DNA from: Vicugna vicugna
Taxonomy: Eukaryota
NCBI GenBank assembly: GCA_013265495.1
Contig: MU058531.1
Location: 2,046,911 to 2,110,910, forward strand
Length of the DNA: 64,000 bases
Direction: 5' to 3'
The notes below the pieces were generated by a model. The model was not told where the DNA came from. It made no database searches and worked only from the letters and a program-made list of their open reading frames with translations. Positions 39,320 to 52,765 of the stretch are shown one piece after another (positions within the stretch are counted from its first letter, which is position 1; every line of letters starts with the position of its first letter). The position numbers and the translations under genes were made by a program.

Positions 39320-39860
39320 AGATTGTTTGGGTTGCACATGATGGAGAATCTGCCCCCAAACTGGTTAAACTAAAAAAAACCCAAAAGCTGTGGGTTTATG
39401 TAAGTGAGCAGTGCAAGGGTATATTTAGCTTTAAGCACAGCTTGATCCATGTCTCAAACAAAGCCATCACTTTCCATCTTTCAGCTTCCTCTGGGTTCTT
39501 TAGGCTCCACATGGTGGCTCTTCTGGCAGCAGTAGCCTCACACCCTTATTTAGCTTCATGCTTTTCCTGCCTTCAAGCCCAGTAGAAAAGAAAGTCTGTT
39601 TACCAACTTCCCCAGCAAAAATTCTGAAGTTCACTCTGATACAACCAGCTTTAAGTGCCCAGCCTCCCAATCACTATAGTCTAGGGCTTGGGATACTCTC
39701 TTAAACCAATCTAAGGATTGCTCTTCCTGGAGCTGGGACTATGGGACTACCTGCCTACACTACATAGCTGATGTTGCAGGGAAGAATAGTTTTCCTTTAA
39801 AACTGGGGGATACTTTTTCCTAAAGAAGAGGAGAAATCATGCTGTACATTAAACCACAAG
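39320..39860. mobile_element. MaLR (MLT1-like) LTR relic
   Basis: TTGGGTTGCA...CCAAACTGGTTAAAC...AGCTTTAAGCACAGCTTGATCC pattern. Heavily diverged. Confidence 0.55.
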
Positions 39861-41911
39861 TTTCTACTCTCCCCTCTAAGATCTTGAGAAACTATAAACC
39901 CATCATTTTTGAACACCTCTTTTCTCCTTAAATGGAAGGAAGTAAGGAATTGGGGAATGAATAACCGAAATAGATTACATCAAGGAGGGAGTAGGGTATG
40001 AGGAAACAAAGAGGGAAGGCATAATTTTAAGACCTCAGGTGATGTTCCTGATCAATCTGTCAGACTTTTTTTTTTTAATGAGGAAAGAAAAGATTGCTAT
40101 ACATGTTTTGTTCTCTCTCCTCATTTCTAGTCCTAAAGACTAATAACTCTACCTTATAGGCTTTTTACCCCAAAACATTCATATGACCATTTTTATATGC
40201 TTTAAGTTAATTTCCCATGTTCCTGGCCCTTATTTCACAGATGAATGTTCTTTCCATATTAGGTAGATTAAACTCATGTACCTAGTAAGGTAGTAAATCA
40301 GTTAATAAGTTCTTTAGAACTTAACATTTTCTGTACTGTTATTTATATTAAAATATTTAGTCATCAGAAGCAGTTATTTCTAACCTGATCAGATCCAGTA
40401 ATTGTCCCTTTCACACAGTTTGCTTTCTCCAGTCTTTCTGCTTTTTTCTACCTGCCATTTTTATACCCTAGCACTTCTCAAACTTTATTGTACATCGGGA
40501 TCACCCTGGGGGCTTGTTAAAACACAGATTTCTAGGCTCCCCTCCTCTAGAGTTTCTGATTTGCTAGGTCTGGTGTAGAGCAAGAGAATTTGCGGGTTCA
40601 CTAGTGATCCTGAGCAGTTGGTCCTGGGATGTTTTATTTTTGAGAATCCCTGTAATAAAATCACTTGCCCCTGCTAATTTCTACTATCACTCCTCCCTGA
40701 AGCCTTCTCTGATCTATGCAGATTGATTTTTCCTTCTTCTTAAAATGGATGTACTGTAGTAATTTCACTAGAACCTTTAATCAATTTTATTGACTGGATA
40801 TAGCCCCAGTTAAGTTATAGGGTTTTCCAGATAGATACAATCTTCCATTTATTTTGTTTGTGCAACCACATGGAGCCAGTGAATGCTCAGTAAATGTTGC
40901 TGGCAATTTCTGTAATTTTTAGTTGCTTGCTTGTTTTGTACTATTATTAAGTTAGAAGTTTCCATTTCATATTTATTTGTATCTAAACTATAATTTTTAG
41001 ATGAAGTAATTTGGTGTTGTCAGAAGTTTACATATTGTGGGCAATATTATTTGATCTCAGATGACCATTATCAGATTAACTGTTGAACGATTGGAGTAAG
41101 TAGAAAATGGATGTGGTAAGTTAGTAGATGTTGAAAATCAGCAAACTTTGTCATCAATAAGGTTTTTTTAAAAAACATCTCTTCTGTAGCATAAGTTCAT
41201 TTGATCTCTGAACATTAGCTTCAAAATCCAAATTTGTAAGCTGTATACTCACTGTCACTATGAATCAGACAATAAAAACAGGGTTATTGGGATTAACACT
41301 TCTAATAAGGCCTAATAAGTGTTCACTGTATATTATCATTCATTGATCTTATCTATCATAGTTGTGAAATTGGAAAAAAATCTGAAAGTGCCTGTTTTAA
41401 ATGTCAGTTGAATACCTTCTAAAAAATAAAACTTGAAGTATTTAGGGGTGAAATACACTAATGTCTGCAACTTTGAAATGCATCAAAAAAGGGATTGGTG
41501 AATGAATATGTGGTAAAGCAAATATAAAGCAGAATGACAAGGATTGTAGAATCTAGATGTTTGGAATATGGGTTTTCACTGAACAGTTTTTCAACATTTT
41601 TTGAAAATGAAATTTTTCATATTAAATGTTGGGAGGAAATATACTTATCTAGAATTTATGGGGATTATAGCTATACAAGTATTCCCATTAGACTGATACA
41701 TGAAACTGCCACTTACATAAGTCAAAACAGACAAACAGAGGTAGTTTGATTTGGTTCAACCTGTTAAGGCTGTTGTTCTGCATTTTATTTTATTCCCGAT
41801 GACTGCAATTGGCTCAATTTAAAATTCAGTTCCCCTTAATATTGATGAAGTATGCTGGTCTTGCTGTGCTTAACTACATGTATGTTTCATTGTTGATATG
41901 AAAAATGTATA

Positions 41912-41936
41912 AGAACCTAGAAAGTTTCTAGGTTCT
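41912..41936. repeat. Perfect inverted repeat, 12-bp arms, 1-nt spacer
   Basis: AGAACCTAGAAA-G-TTTCTAGGTTCT. Confidence 0.95.
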
Positions 41937-43598
41937 AGATATTCTGCCTGTGTTTTGTTATTAAAATAATACATTTCATGTCCCAGAAGTATACAGATAT
42001 ATTTACAAAATTACCTTGGTTGTGGGGAAAATATATACTAACACCTCAATTAATTAGGTCTATTTGCTCTATACTTGTCAGTTGAAATATTATGAAAAAA
42101 ACTAGGTTGAAACCCAGTCAAATCGTGGATAGTGGTGATGGTTGCACAACAGTGTGAATGACTTAGTGCTATAGAATTGTAGTCTTAAAAATGGTTAAAG
42201 TAGTAAATTTTATGTTATGTATATTTTACTGCAATAGAATTTTGTTTTTAAATAAGGTGGAGGAGGAGGCATTTTTTGGATAACCATAAGATAGCATGAA
42301 GTCCCAGACAGCTTGCCTGAGGTAGGTTAGAGGGTCAGCATGCTTAAACATGCTACTTATCTCCAATTTTTACCACACTAGATCATATGAAACCTGACTG
42401 AATTTGAAAGCTGAGTAAAAGCACAATTTTGGATATTGTTGCCATGTATTCCGTTCAGAGTTTTTTCCCTATTCTAACTGAAAAGTTTTAATTGGGGCAC
42501 ACAATTAAAATTCATGTTTTACAAGACTGGAAACGTCACCTCTCTGTGGCACCTGACTTTATGGTCTTTCCCACTGAGCATACTTAAGCTAGTTGTCCTG
42601 ACAGAAGCCACTTATCTAATTAAGTGAAAAATTTACAGTAGATAACAAGATTAGCAGTTGTTTCCAATTGTGCAGTCAAACTTTAATGGTGGGGGTAGGG
42701 GAGTGAATGGTGTAGGGTTGAATTGTATTTGCCCTAATGGAAATCAGCGTCAAACCTGTGTTAATTGGGAGAGATTGCAACCTAGTTCTATAAGAACAAA
42801 TAAGACTTCATGAAGTGCCCTTAAAATCAAAATGGGAAAATGTTTTAAAATTAGCCATCTATATAGAATTTTTAAAAATTAATCTTGAGACTTCTAGCTT
42901 TCAAATATAATAAATATAATTCCCACCAAAAAAGGAAAACCAGTGATACCTATAATGGAAACAAATTTATCATATCACCATCCTAAAAAAATCTATCCTG
43001 GTGTCTTCATCTCTTCTCCCCCTTGTGCTTTTTTTTTTTTTTTAATTTAATAAACGTTCTCTCTTCTTATAGTCGTACTTTACCAGAAAGAGAAATGGGT
43101 GGGGTTTTTTCTCTCTCAGTCGAAAATTGAATGAGACCATATGTGAAATCACTTGTGTAATACTTTAGTTCTCCAAGTTCAATAAGTTAAGAGGTTAATG
43201 TTGTTGAAATGACGGATACACTGAATTTCACATATTCCTGTAGTTACCACTTCTCAAAGAATTATTAGGTCTTATAAAAGAAAAGCAGTTTGAGGGTGGG
43301 CTCTTTGCATTCTGGTTCATTAGAGAATGTGAAGAATTGCTTGAGAAAGGGAAGAGGTTACAAAAACACAAAATTCAAAATCTGCAGAATCTTGTGTATT
43401 CATGAGGAAAAACAAAAAGAAGAAAATACCCTACTAGAAATGTGTTGTTTTGTCTCCTCAGACATATAATATATAGTCTTTAATACAGAATTAAAGGTTC
43501 TATAATATAACATACATCTCATCCCATTAAATAAGAGCTGCAGTGAAGAGGCTAGGATCTTAAAGATGACATCATTATTTTCTCTTTTTAATTTACAG

Positions 43599-43801
43599 AA
43601 GTTGCTGGGTGTGTTTTGCCACTGATGAAGATGATAGAACAGCTGAATGGGTGAGACCATGCAGATGCAGAGGATCTACAAAATGGGTTCACCAGGCTTG
43701 TCTACAGCGCTGGGTGGATGAAAAACAAAGAGGAAACAGTACAGCGAGAGTGGCATGTCCTCAGTGCAATGCTGAATACTTAATAGTTTTTCCGAAGTTG
43801 G
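43599..43801 (+). CDS. MARCHF5: MARCHF5 coding exon 2 (203 nt), RING-CH (C4HC3) domain
   Basis: Polypyrimidine tract + TTTACAG acceptor. Translates SCWVCFATDEDDRTAEWVRPCRCRGSTKWVHQACLQRWVDEKQRGNSTARVACPQCNAEYLIVFPKL, with ligands C14,C17,C33,C35,H43,C46,C65,C68. Donor G|GTAAGA. Confidence 0.98.
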
Positions 43802-46800
43802 GTAAGAAGATCCTTAGAAACAACACAGATATCTGTCATGTTACTACACTTAACCTTATGATCCTACATTTATTTTTAAGTGACCCATCTCTTTGCTTTT
43901 TTGTGAATTTCTCTATCCCCTTTCTGTTGTTTTCTCTCTAAATGTCAGACATTTGTTTGTTTTGCTAACAGTTTACTTTATCCTTTATATATCCCCATAT
44001 CCATCCGTTTGTCTGTTTATTAAATGTTCTCATTTTGGTTGAGTGGATAAAGAACTTGGACATCTAGCTGGATAAAATCAAATAACGAAATTCTAATAAA
44101 AACCTGACTAAAGAACCTCATTCTCTGGAAACCATTGGTGTGGGAAAAAGAAAACAATAGTGTGTTTTTTCTAATACTTATCCTTAATTCTTCTATTAAG
44201 GAATAAAAGTAGAGAAATTAAAGATTTAATAAAAGACAGTGTTAAACTATCTCTGGAATACAGTTTATGTGGATGTCTTTCATGAAAACTGCTTTCCTTT
44301 TTCTATAAATTGGCAGGCAAGAAATAACCAAAGGTCTTTGAGAATGTGGCTAGCATTGAAATAAGTGTAGCATATTGCTTAAAGGAAGCTGTAACTAAGG
44401 CTGATATTTAATTAGCCTGTTTAGCACAGCCATGTGACTGTGAACTGGTGTCATTCTCTTTGGTGTTTATTCCGTGCTAGTTGTTAAACATTTTTAATAT
44501 CACCCTTGACTGTAATCAAGAGTTATATGAAGGCAATTTGGGTTCTGGGAAGGTCAGAAGGAAAGAATGACTTTGTAGGGAGTAGGATTTGATTAGAAAT
44601 TGAAGATAATTATTAGATACTTTTTTTTCTAGATGTTATACATGTTGAAATCAGACCCCCTTTTTTTTATATAATGAGGCAACATAAATGCAGGTGATGA
44701 AGTGCTTTTCTAATGTGAGAAGATTGATGATAAGGGCAAACAAAGTTTCCATGGTTGTCTGTATTTCTCTAACATAATGCATAGAAAGAAATTGTAGCTT
44801 CCTATAAAAGGAAAATACTGTAGTAGAGAAAGTAGTGTTCTCAGACATTTAGAATTTATGGACCACATTGATGCATCTTCATGCACACTTAATTTTAGAT
44901 AAAGTAAAAGATTAATCCAAAAATTTTAATTATAATTTCAAAGCATTATTTTAAAATAATTTAAACATTATGGAAAGAAATTACTGCTGCATTCTTTCTC
45001 CACATTGATACCTGTCTCACTAAAGTCAGAGTTAAGGTTTCCTTTTAACTGTTTCTTTTCCTACTCTTTAGTTCTGCTAAATCAGAAATTCCACTTTGCA
45101 ACTATAGGTTGTTGGGAATAGCAGTGAGTGTACATGTTTTATATATTCAGATGGATGGATACAGAAATTACTGTAAGAATTCTCACTGAAAGCTACATAA
45201 AATATCAAGTGAGGCACTGAGTTGACATATGTATGGCACTCAGCAGTGAAGTTAAATATTTCAGTTTGGAAGATGGCAGTGGGTAAATCTGTCCTTGGTT
45301 GTTTTTCAGTTCTAGGAAATACACTTTTAGGTCTAATTGGTAATTGAATGCATTTTTTAAAAATATATCTAATAATAAGACACTGATTTCTTTCTACAGC
45401 AAGGAAAGAAAATGGCTAGATACTGGAAAAGTCAAACTTTTTGTTTAAGCCATGTGTATCATGATTTGGTCTTTGTATTTTATCCTTAAGAATTGTTATT
45501 TCAGCCTCAAATGTTAGGTTCAAGCTATTCACTGTACTGTATGTCATGGAGAGCTGCCACTTGAGTAAGCCACAAGTAATCATAGGAGTTTTTGACTAAC
45601 CTTTCTAGTGTCCTGAGGGAAAGAAAAAAGTGTATCCTTCATTTGAATAGTTTTGTTAGCATCTTTCCTCCTGACGAGATAGAAAAGCAGGGTGTTGTAT
45701 TTGGTTCTTTTTTCCTGATATAACATGCTGAAGATACCTGCTCAGGGCCTGCAGTTTGAATTATATTTACAATTTTCTAGTTTCTAACAGATTCAAGAAT
45801 AGAAGACTCATTGTCAAATGTCAGCTGTTGTCTCTTAAGCACATGTGTGAGTTGGCTTTACAGGTGCTCTCCTCTTCCTTGTCACACACATGGCTAGTGC
45901 TCTTGGCCATATTGGTCCTAATGTACCTTTTCAAGTCAAAGTTCAAAAATGATTGTTGGTTAAAGAAGAATCCCTTCTCTATAGCATGTTATGTACCTAC
46001 CAAGAGTTGATTCATACTCTAAATACTAGCAATTTAATGTAGCCATGAAACAGAATACTGAAGAACATACACCTGTGATAGTGATTGTTCTTCCTCACTG
46101 TATACTGTACCTAATATATAATATTCAGTAGTGTCATCTAATGAAAGAGATTTACCAATAGATTGTTTTCTTTCTGAGTGTATTTGTCATTAATTTTGAT
46201 GCTGACCATAGTATACATGTTTTTGTTCAAATAAGTTCAAGTTTCTTGGACTGTAGTTCTTAATCTTTGCTTTCAGTAACAAAATTCGTAGTTTCATAAG
46301 GCTTTGATTGGTTTACTAGAGTGGTTGAATTATATGAATTCTTCAGTGGCATCTTGTCCTTGTTCTGTAATGTTTCAGTCCATTTAAAAATGTGTTACAG
46401 TACAGTGGGAACAAGGAGGTCTCCCAGTACAAACTAATAACTTGTTATTCACTGGTCCCAGCCATAGTAAGATAGTAAGATCATACTGTTTTCACTCTAT
46501 AAGATCATACTACTTATCATTTATGATGTTCTGAGTCAGGTGTGTTTTTATCACTTTACTCTTCAGCGAATACTTTTGAGGCATTGATTCATTTTCCTAG
46601 ACTGGGGATTTAACACATTATGATAGGAACAAAATACATATTTAACCAATGTGAACAATTCACATGATATCAAAATTTGTTAACTAAAACAAATTTTCCC
46701 CTTTTAACTATCCTTGCAGAGCATGTGTGACCCTTGGTACCTAACAACAATTAAGAACCTAAAAGAATTTCCTTGAAAGTCATAGTTAATCTTACCTTTC

Positions 46801-47679
46801 AAATATGTGAAGTGTTTGTGATAAAAACTTTCATTTTTTATCAAATTATCTGTAGTAAACCAGTTAATTGAATGCCAGGGACCACCACTGGTCCCCAGTT
46901 GATACTTAAGAAACACTGGCTAGAAGAAGGAAGAAAAGACAGGCAAGAGGAAAGATGCAGAGAGGAAGAGATGATGGTTAACATTCTATAAGATGACCTA
47001 TGTGTAACAGATTTTTTTCTAAGTTTCCATGCGGATTTAGCTTCAGTCTGTCTGGCTAGCTGGCAAAGTCTGCTTCTTTTCTGGTACTTAGTGGTAGCCA
47101 GAATGGAGGAGTGGTGGCAAGTGTGTGCTCTTAATTGTCCGTAGGGAATATATTGTGCTTAGTTATGAAAAACTTAGAGGAATCATCAGACTTATACTCG
47201 TCTCATTATTTGCTACCCATCATACGGTTTGCTTTCTTCTAGTGAGTTTGGACAGTATATGTGCAGCTATGGGTACTTAAAAACTACTCAAAGTGTGGTC
47301 TGAGGACCAACAACATTAGAATTATTGAGAGCTGTTAAGAATGAAGAACCGTAGCCCCTTCCCCCCACCTCCAGTTATAATTAATCAAAATCTGCATTTT
47401 CATGAAATTGTCAGGTAGTTTATATGTACATTAAATTTAAGAAGCATTGAAACATTAAAATGTGAAGAGAATATCAGCTGAAAAAAGTTTGTCTTCCATT
47501 AAAAATAAAGCATTTCCATGAAATTTAAGACCAGATAGTTATCTTGTTTAGCTAAACAGGAGGATTCAGAGCAGCTCCATCTCAGGGGCAGAATCCCTGA
47601 TTCTCACAGGTAGCAGAGACTGTTTCACATTAGATTACTTTTCTTTAATGTCTTTCAAAGATGTTTTATATTTTGCAGT

Positions 47680-49115
47680 TTTTAGTATACAGGTCCCTTC
47701 TTTGTTAAATGTATTTCTAAATATTTCATTCTTTTTGATGCTATTTTAAGTGGAATTGTTTTCTTAATTTTATTTTCAGGTTGTTTATTGTGAGTGTATA
47801 GAATAGAGATGATTTTTTTTTTAATTTTGATCTCATATCCTACAACCATTCTGATCTCATTTAACAGTTCTAAGTATTTTAGTGTACTGCATAGCATTTC
47901 CTTTATACAGGATCATGTCATCTGTGAATCGAGACAGTTTTACTTCATCTTTTCCAATCCAGTTGCTTTTATTTCAGTCTCTTGCCTAGTTGCCCTGGTG
48001 TTGTACATTCTGTAGTTGTGGATAAATACACAATGATGGGTATCCACTATTATAGTATAATACATAATATTTTTATGGCACTGAAAATCTACCTGTTCAT
48101 CCCACCCTCCTCCCTAACCCCTGGTTACCACTGGTCTTTTTATTGTCCCCATAGTTTGGCCTTTTTCAGAATGTCATATAGTCAGAATCTTATAGTACAT
48201 AGCCTTTTCAGATTAGTTTCTTTCACTTAGTAGTTTATATTTAAAGTTTCCATGTCTTTCATGGCTTGATAGTTCATATTAACATTGAATAATATTCCAT
48301 TTTGTGGATGTACCACAGCTTATTTATCTATTTGCCTACTGAAGGTCATCTTGGTTGCTTCCAGGTTTTGGCAATTACAAATGAAGCTGCAGTACATATC
48401 TGTGTGCAGGTTTCTGTGTGAGCATATATTTTCAACTTCTTTAGATAAATAACAAGGAGCATAATTGCTGGATCATATGTAAGTGTATGTTTAGTTTTAT
48501 TAAAAAACTACCAAACTGTCTTTCAGAATGGCTGTACATTTTGCATTCCCACCAGCAGTAAGTTCCTGTCACCCTGTACCTTTGTCAGTACTTCTTGTTG
48601 TCAGTGTTCTGGATTTTAGCCATTTTTATCTCATTGTTTTAATTTACAATTCCTAATAACATAGATGTTGATCATCTTTTCTTATACTTACTAGCAATCT
48701 TGTATCTTCATTGGTGAGGTGTCTGTTAAGTCCTTCGATCATTTTAGAAATCAGTTTGTTTTCTTATTGAGTAAATTTTAAATAGTCTTGGTGTATTATG
48801 GATAACAGTAATTTGTCAGATATGTCTTTTGCAAATATTTTATCCCAATCTTAAACTTGTCTTCTCATTCTCTTGATCTTTCTTCTTTTTTTTTTTTTTA
48901 ATATAGTCATTTATAGCTATAAATTTCTCTCTAAACACTGCTTGGATTTCTTCTTTGACCTATTAATTATTTAGGAGTGTGTTGTTTAATTTTCACGTAT
49001 TTGTTAATTTCCCAAGTGCTGTTACTGATTTCTAATTTCATTCCATGTGATCAAGGAACATATTTTGATTTCTGTCATTTTAAATGACTAAGACTTGTTT
49101 TATGGCCTAAATGTT
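47680..49115 (-). mobile_element. Composite antisense L1 fragments
   Basis: ORF 47682-47897(-) resembles L1 ORF2 (LLELINE...GY.I...IP..IASKR.KYL.I.LTK-like). L1 3' UTR motifs at 48000-48870. Confidence 0.85.
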
Positions 49116-50100
49116 TAGAACTCTGATTAGAATTGTGTTGGATATTTTCATTTTACCTTTCATGTTTCTTCTCTTCTATATTTTTCATCTTTTGGTCTCT
49201 GCACTCCAGCATTATAATTTCTTCTTAACTGTTACCCAGTTCTCAAATTCTTCAGCATTGTCTAGTTTGCAGGGAGTTTTTTTTCTGTGTAAGTTCTAGT
49301 TGTTTCTTAAATGTGCCTGGTCATTTTTTATAGTCTCTTGCTTCTTGTTCATTTGTAATTATCTAGTATTTTATTATATAGTTTTGATGATCAGATATAT
49401 AATTCCATTTTCTAGTCTTTGATAGCCTGAATCTATTGTTTTTCTTCTGACTCTTGGCCATGATGCTTTATTTCTCTTGAATGTGGGAATTGTGTTTATA
49501 TTTGTAGGTTATGGATATCCTCCAGGTGAAGGAACTCCAAAAAGGATTTGCATTTGCTTTTGGCAGATGCCAAGGGATGATACTAATCTGGGATTGCTTT
49601 AATCTCTGGGTTTGGGATTTCTCGTATAGCACAGACAGATTTCAGCTTGAAATCAGCATACCAGGTAATTCAGTTTACAAATTCTTAGAGGAAACTATGC
49701 TTGACAACAAGGTGGTTTTGTTTGTTCGCTAACTTTATTGTCCTGTGGATTTTTTTTCTAGCTTACCCTTATGAGGGTTTGAGGGTCAAGCCCTCAACTT
49801 TGTATGGGCCCAAAACCTAGTGTGACTTGTAAAACTCAGTATTATAGCTTTTCCTTGTAATTTCTTCATTGAAAAAAAAAATGTCATCATAGACTTTCCC
49901 ATGTCCTGGATTTTTGTTATTACTTACAACTCAAGAATACTTGGGTAATATGTTGCTCTATTCTATGAATTTTTTATACTGCCGGTGAGAGCTCGTTGAT
50001 GAGGTTATGTATGATTTTTTGGCAAGAATATTTTATAGATGTTTCTGTGTACTTCCTAACTACATCAACAGCATGAGTTACATAACATGTAGCTATCTTT

Positions 50101-52765
50101 CAAAGAGGAGACATTACAACTGACACTTCAGAAATACAAAGACTCTTGAGAAAATACCGTGAACAATTGTATACCAACAAATTGGATAACCTAGAAGTAA
50201 AGAATAAATTCCTAGAAACATACAACCTGTAAGACTGAATCATGAAGAAATCAAAAATGTAAACAGACCAATAACAAGCAAAATCATAAACCTCCCAACA
50301 AAGAAAAACCCAGGACCAGATGGTCTCACTGGTGAAGTCAACCAAACATTTAAGGAAGAATTAATGCCAGTTCTTCTCTTGCAAGAAATTAAAGAGGAGG
50401 GAACATTCCCAAATTCATTTTATGAGTCCAGCATTACCCTAATACCTAAGCTAGATAAGGACACGACAAGAAAGCTACAAACCAATATCCCTGTTGAATA
50501 TACATGTAAAAATTATCAACAAAATATTAACAAACCAAATTCAACAGCACATTAAAGGATCATACACATGATTAAGTGGGATTTATTCCTGGGATGCAAG
50601 GATGGTTCAACATCTGCATGTCAATCGTATGATACACCACATTAACAGAATGAAATATGAAAATTTTATCATCTCAATGAATGAAGAAAAGACATTTGAC
50701 AGAATTCAACGTCCTTTCGTGCTGGGTAATAACAGACGTATATGGCAAACCCACAGCTAACATCATACGTAACAGTGAAAGGTTCAAAGCTTTCCTGCTA
50801 AGATGAAGAACAAGGGTGTCCATTCTCACCACTCTTACTCAGCACAGTACTAGAAGCTCCAGCCAGAACAGTTAGGCAAGAAAAAGAAGGAAAAGTCATC
50901 CAAGTCTGAAAGAAAGAAGTAAAATTGTCTTTCCTTGCAGATGATTTGGTCTTACATCTAGAAAATTGTAAAGACTACCAAAAACCTGTTAAGAAGTAAT
51001 AAGTGAATTCAGTAAAGTTGAAGGATATAAAATCAACATAAAAATCAGTTATATTTCTATATACTAACAACAAAATACCTGAAAAAGAAATAAAACAATC
51101 CCATTTATAATAACAAAAATAATAAAATACTTAGGAATAAAACTAAAAGTTACAAGGCATTGATGCAAGAAATTGAAGATGGCAGATAAATGGAAAGCTA
51201 TCTCTTGGACTGGAGGAAACAATACTGTGAAAATGTCCATACTACCCAAAGCCATCTATATATTCAATGCAATCCCTATCAAAAGTCCAATGACATTTTT
51301 TACAGAAGTAGGAAAAATAATCCTAAAATTGTATGGGACCACAAAAACCCCAGATAGCCAAAGCAATCCTGAGAAAGAAGAACAAAGCAGGTGGCATCAA
51401 ACTTTACTACAAAGCTATAATAATCAAAACAATATGGTACTAGCGTAAAAAGACATGTAGGCCAATGGAACAGGATTGAGAGCCTGGAATTAAACCCATG
51501 CATATACGTTCAACTGATACTTGACAGAGTAGCCAAGAATACTCAAATGAAGAAAGAATTGTCTCCTCAGTAAGTGGTGTTGGGAAAACTGGGTGGTCAC
51601 ATGCAAAGGAATGAAATTGGTCCCTGTTATGCCACTCACAAAAATTAACTCAAAATGGGTTAGAGATTTAAATGTAAGACCAGAAACTATGTAAGTTCTA
51701 GAATAAAACATAGGAGAAGGTCTCCTTGACAGTGGTCTTGGCAGTGATTTTTTGGATATGACACTAAAAGCGCAAGCAACAAAAGCAAAAATAAAGAGTG
51801 GGACTACATCAAGCTGAAAAGCTTCTGCACAGCAAAAGAAACAATTAGTAAAACGAAAAGGCAACCTATGAAATATGAGAAAATATTTGCAAACCATCTA
51901 TCTGATAGAGGATTAATATCCAAAACATATAAGGAACTGATACAACTTGATAGCCAAAAGCAAAAACCACACACAATCTGATTTTTAAATGGACAAAGAT
52001 CTTAAATAGACAGTTTTCTAAAGAAAATATACAGTGGGTCAACTGATGCATGAAAAGATGCTCAACATCACTAATCATCAGGGAAGTGCAAATCAAAACC
52101 AAAATGAAATGTTGCCTCACACCTGTTAGAACGGCAATTAACAAAAAGACAATAGACAGCAAGTGTTAGCAAGGCTGTGGAGAAAAGGGTACTCTTGTGC
52201 ACTGTGTGGAAATGTAAATCAGAACAGTCACTATGGAAAACTGCATGAAGATTACTCAAAAAAACTTAACTATTATGTGATTCAGCAATCAATCCCACTT
52301 CTAAGTAGGTATCCAAAGGAATGAAATCGCTGTCTCGAAGAGATATCTACACCCTCAATGTTTTTTGCAGCATTATTCACAATAGACAAGGCATAGAAAC
52401 AGCCTAAGTGTTCATTGTATATATGCATATTGTATATATGTAGATGGATGTATATATGCAGTGGAATATTCAGCCTTTTCTTTTTTTAAGGGAAACCCTG
52501 CCTTTGCAACAACATGGGTGGATCATAAGGACATTATGCTAAGTGAAATAAGTCACAGAGAAAGACAAATACTGTATGTTATCAAGGTTAAGAGAGTAAA
52601 TCTTAAGTGTTACCACCACAAAAATGATAATTATGTAAAAGAATTGAGGTTTTAACTAACTTATTGTGGTAATTATTTCTCAATATATATGTTCATTGAA
52701 TAATCGCATTATATGCCTTAAACTTATATATGCTACATATCAATAATATCTCAATAAAGCTGGAA
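50101..52765 (+). mobile_element. ~2.7-kb 5'-truncated L1MA-type element, decayed ORF2 (RT region) and 3' UTR
   Basis: Frameshifted ORF2 peptides ([38 protein letters not shown]). Ends CTCAATAAAGCTGG. Degenerate TSD TGTAGCTATCTTT (50088-50100) / TGTAGTTACCTTT (52770-52782). Confidence 0.93.

Noticed and set aside
50101..52765. Reverse-transcriptase-like ORFs as an active or domesticated gene
   Set aside because: Many frameshifts, stops and deletions mark an ordinary dead L1.
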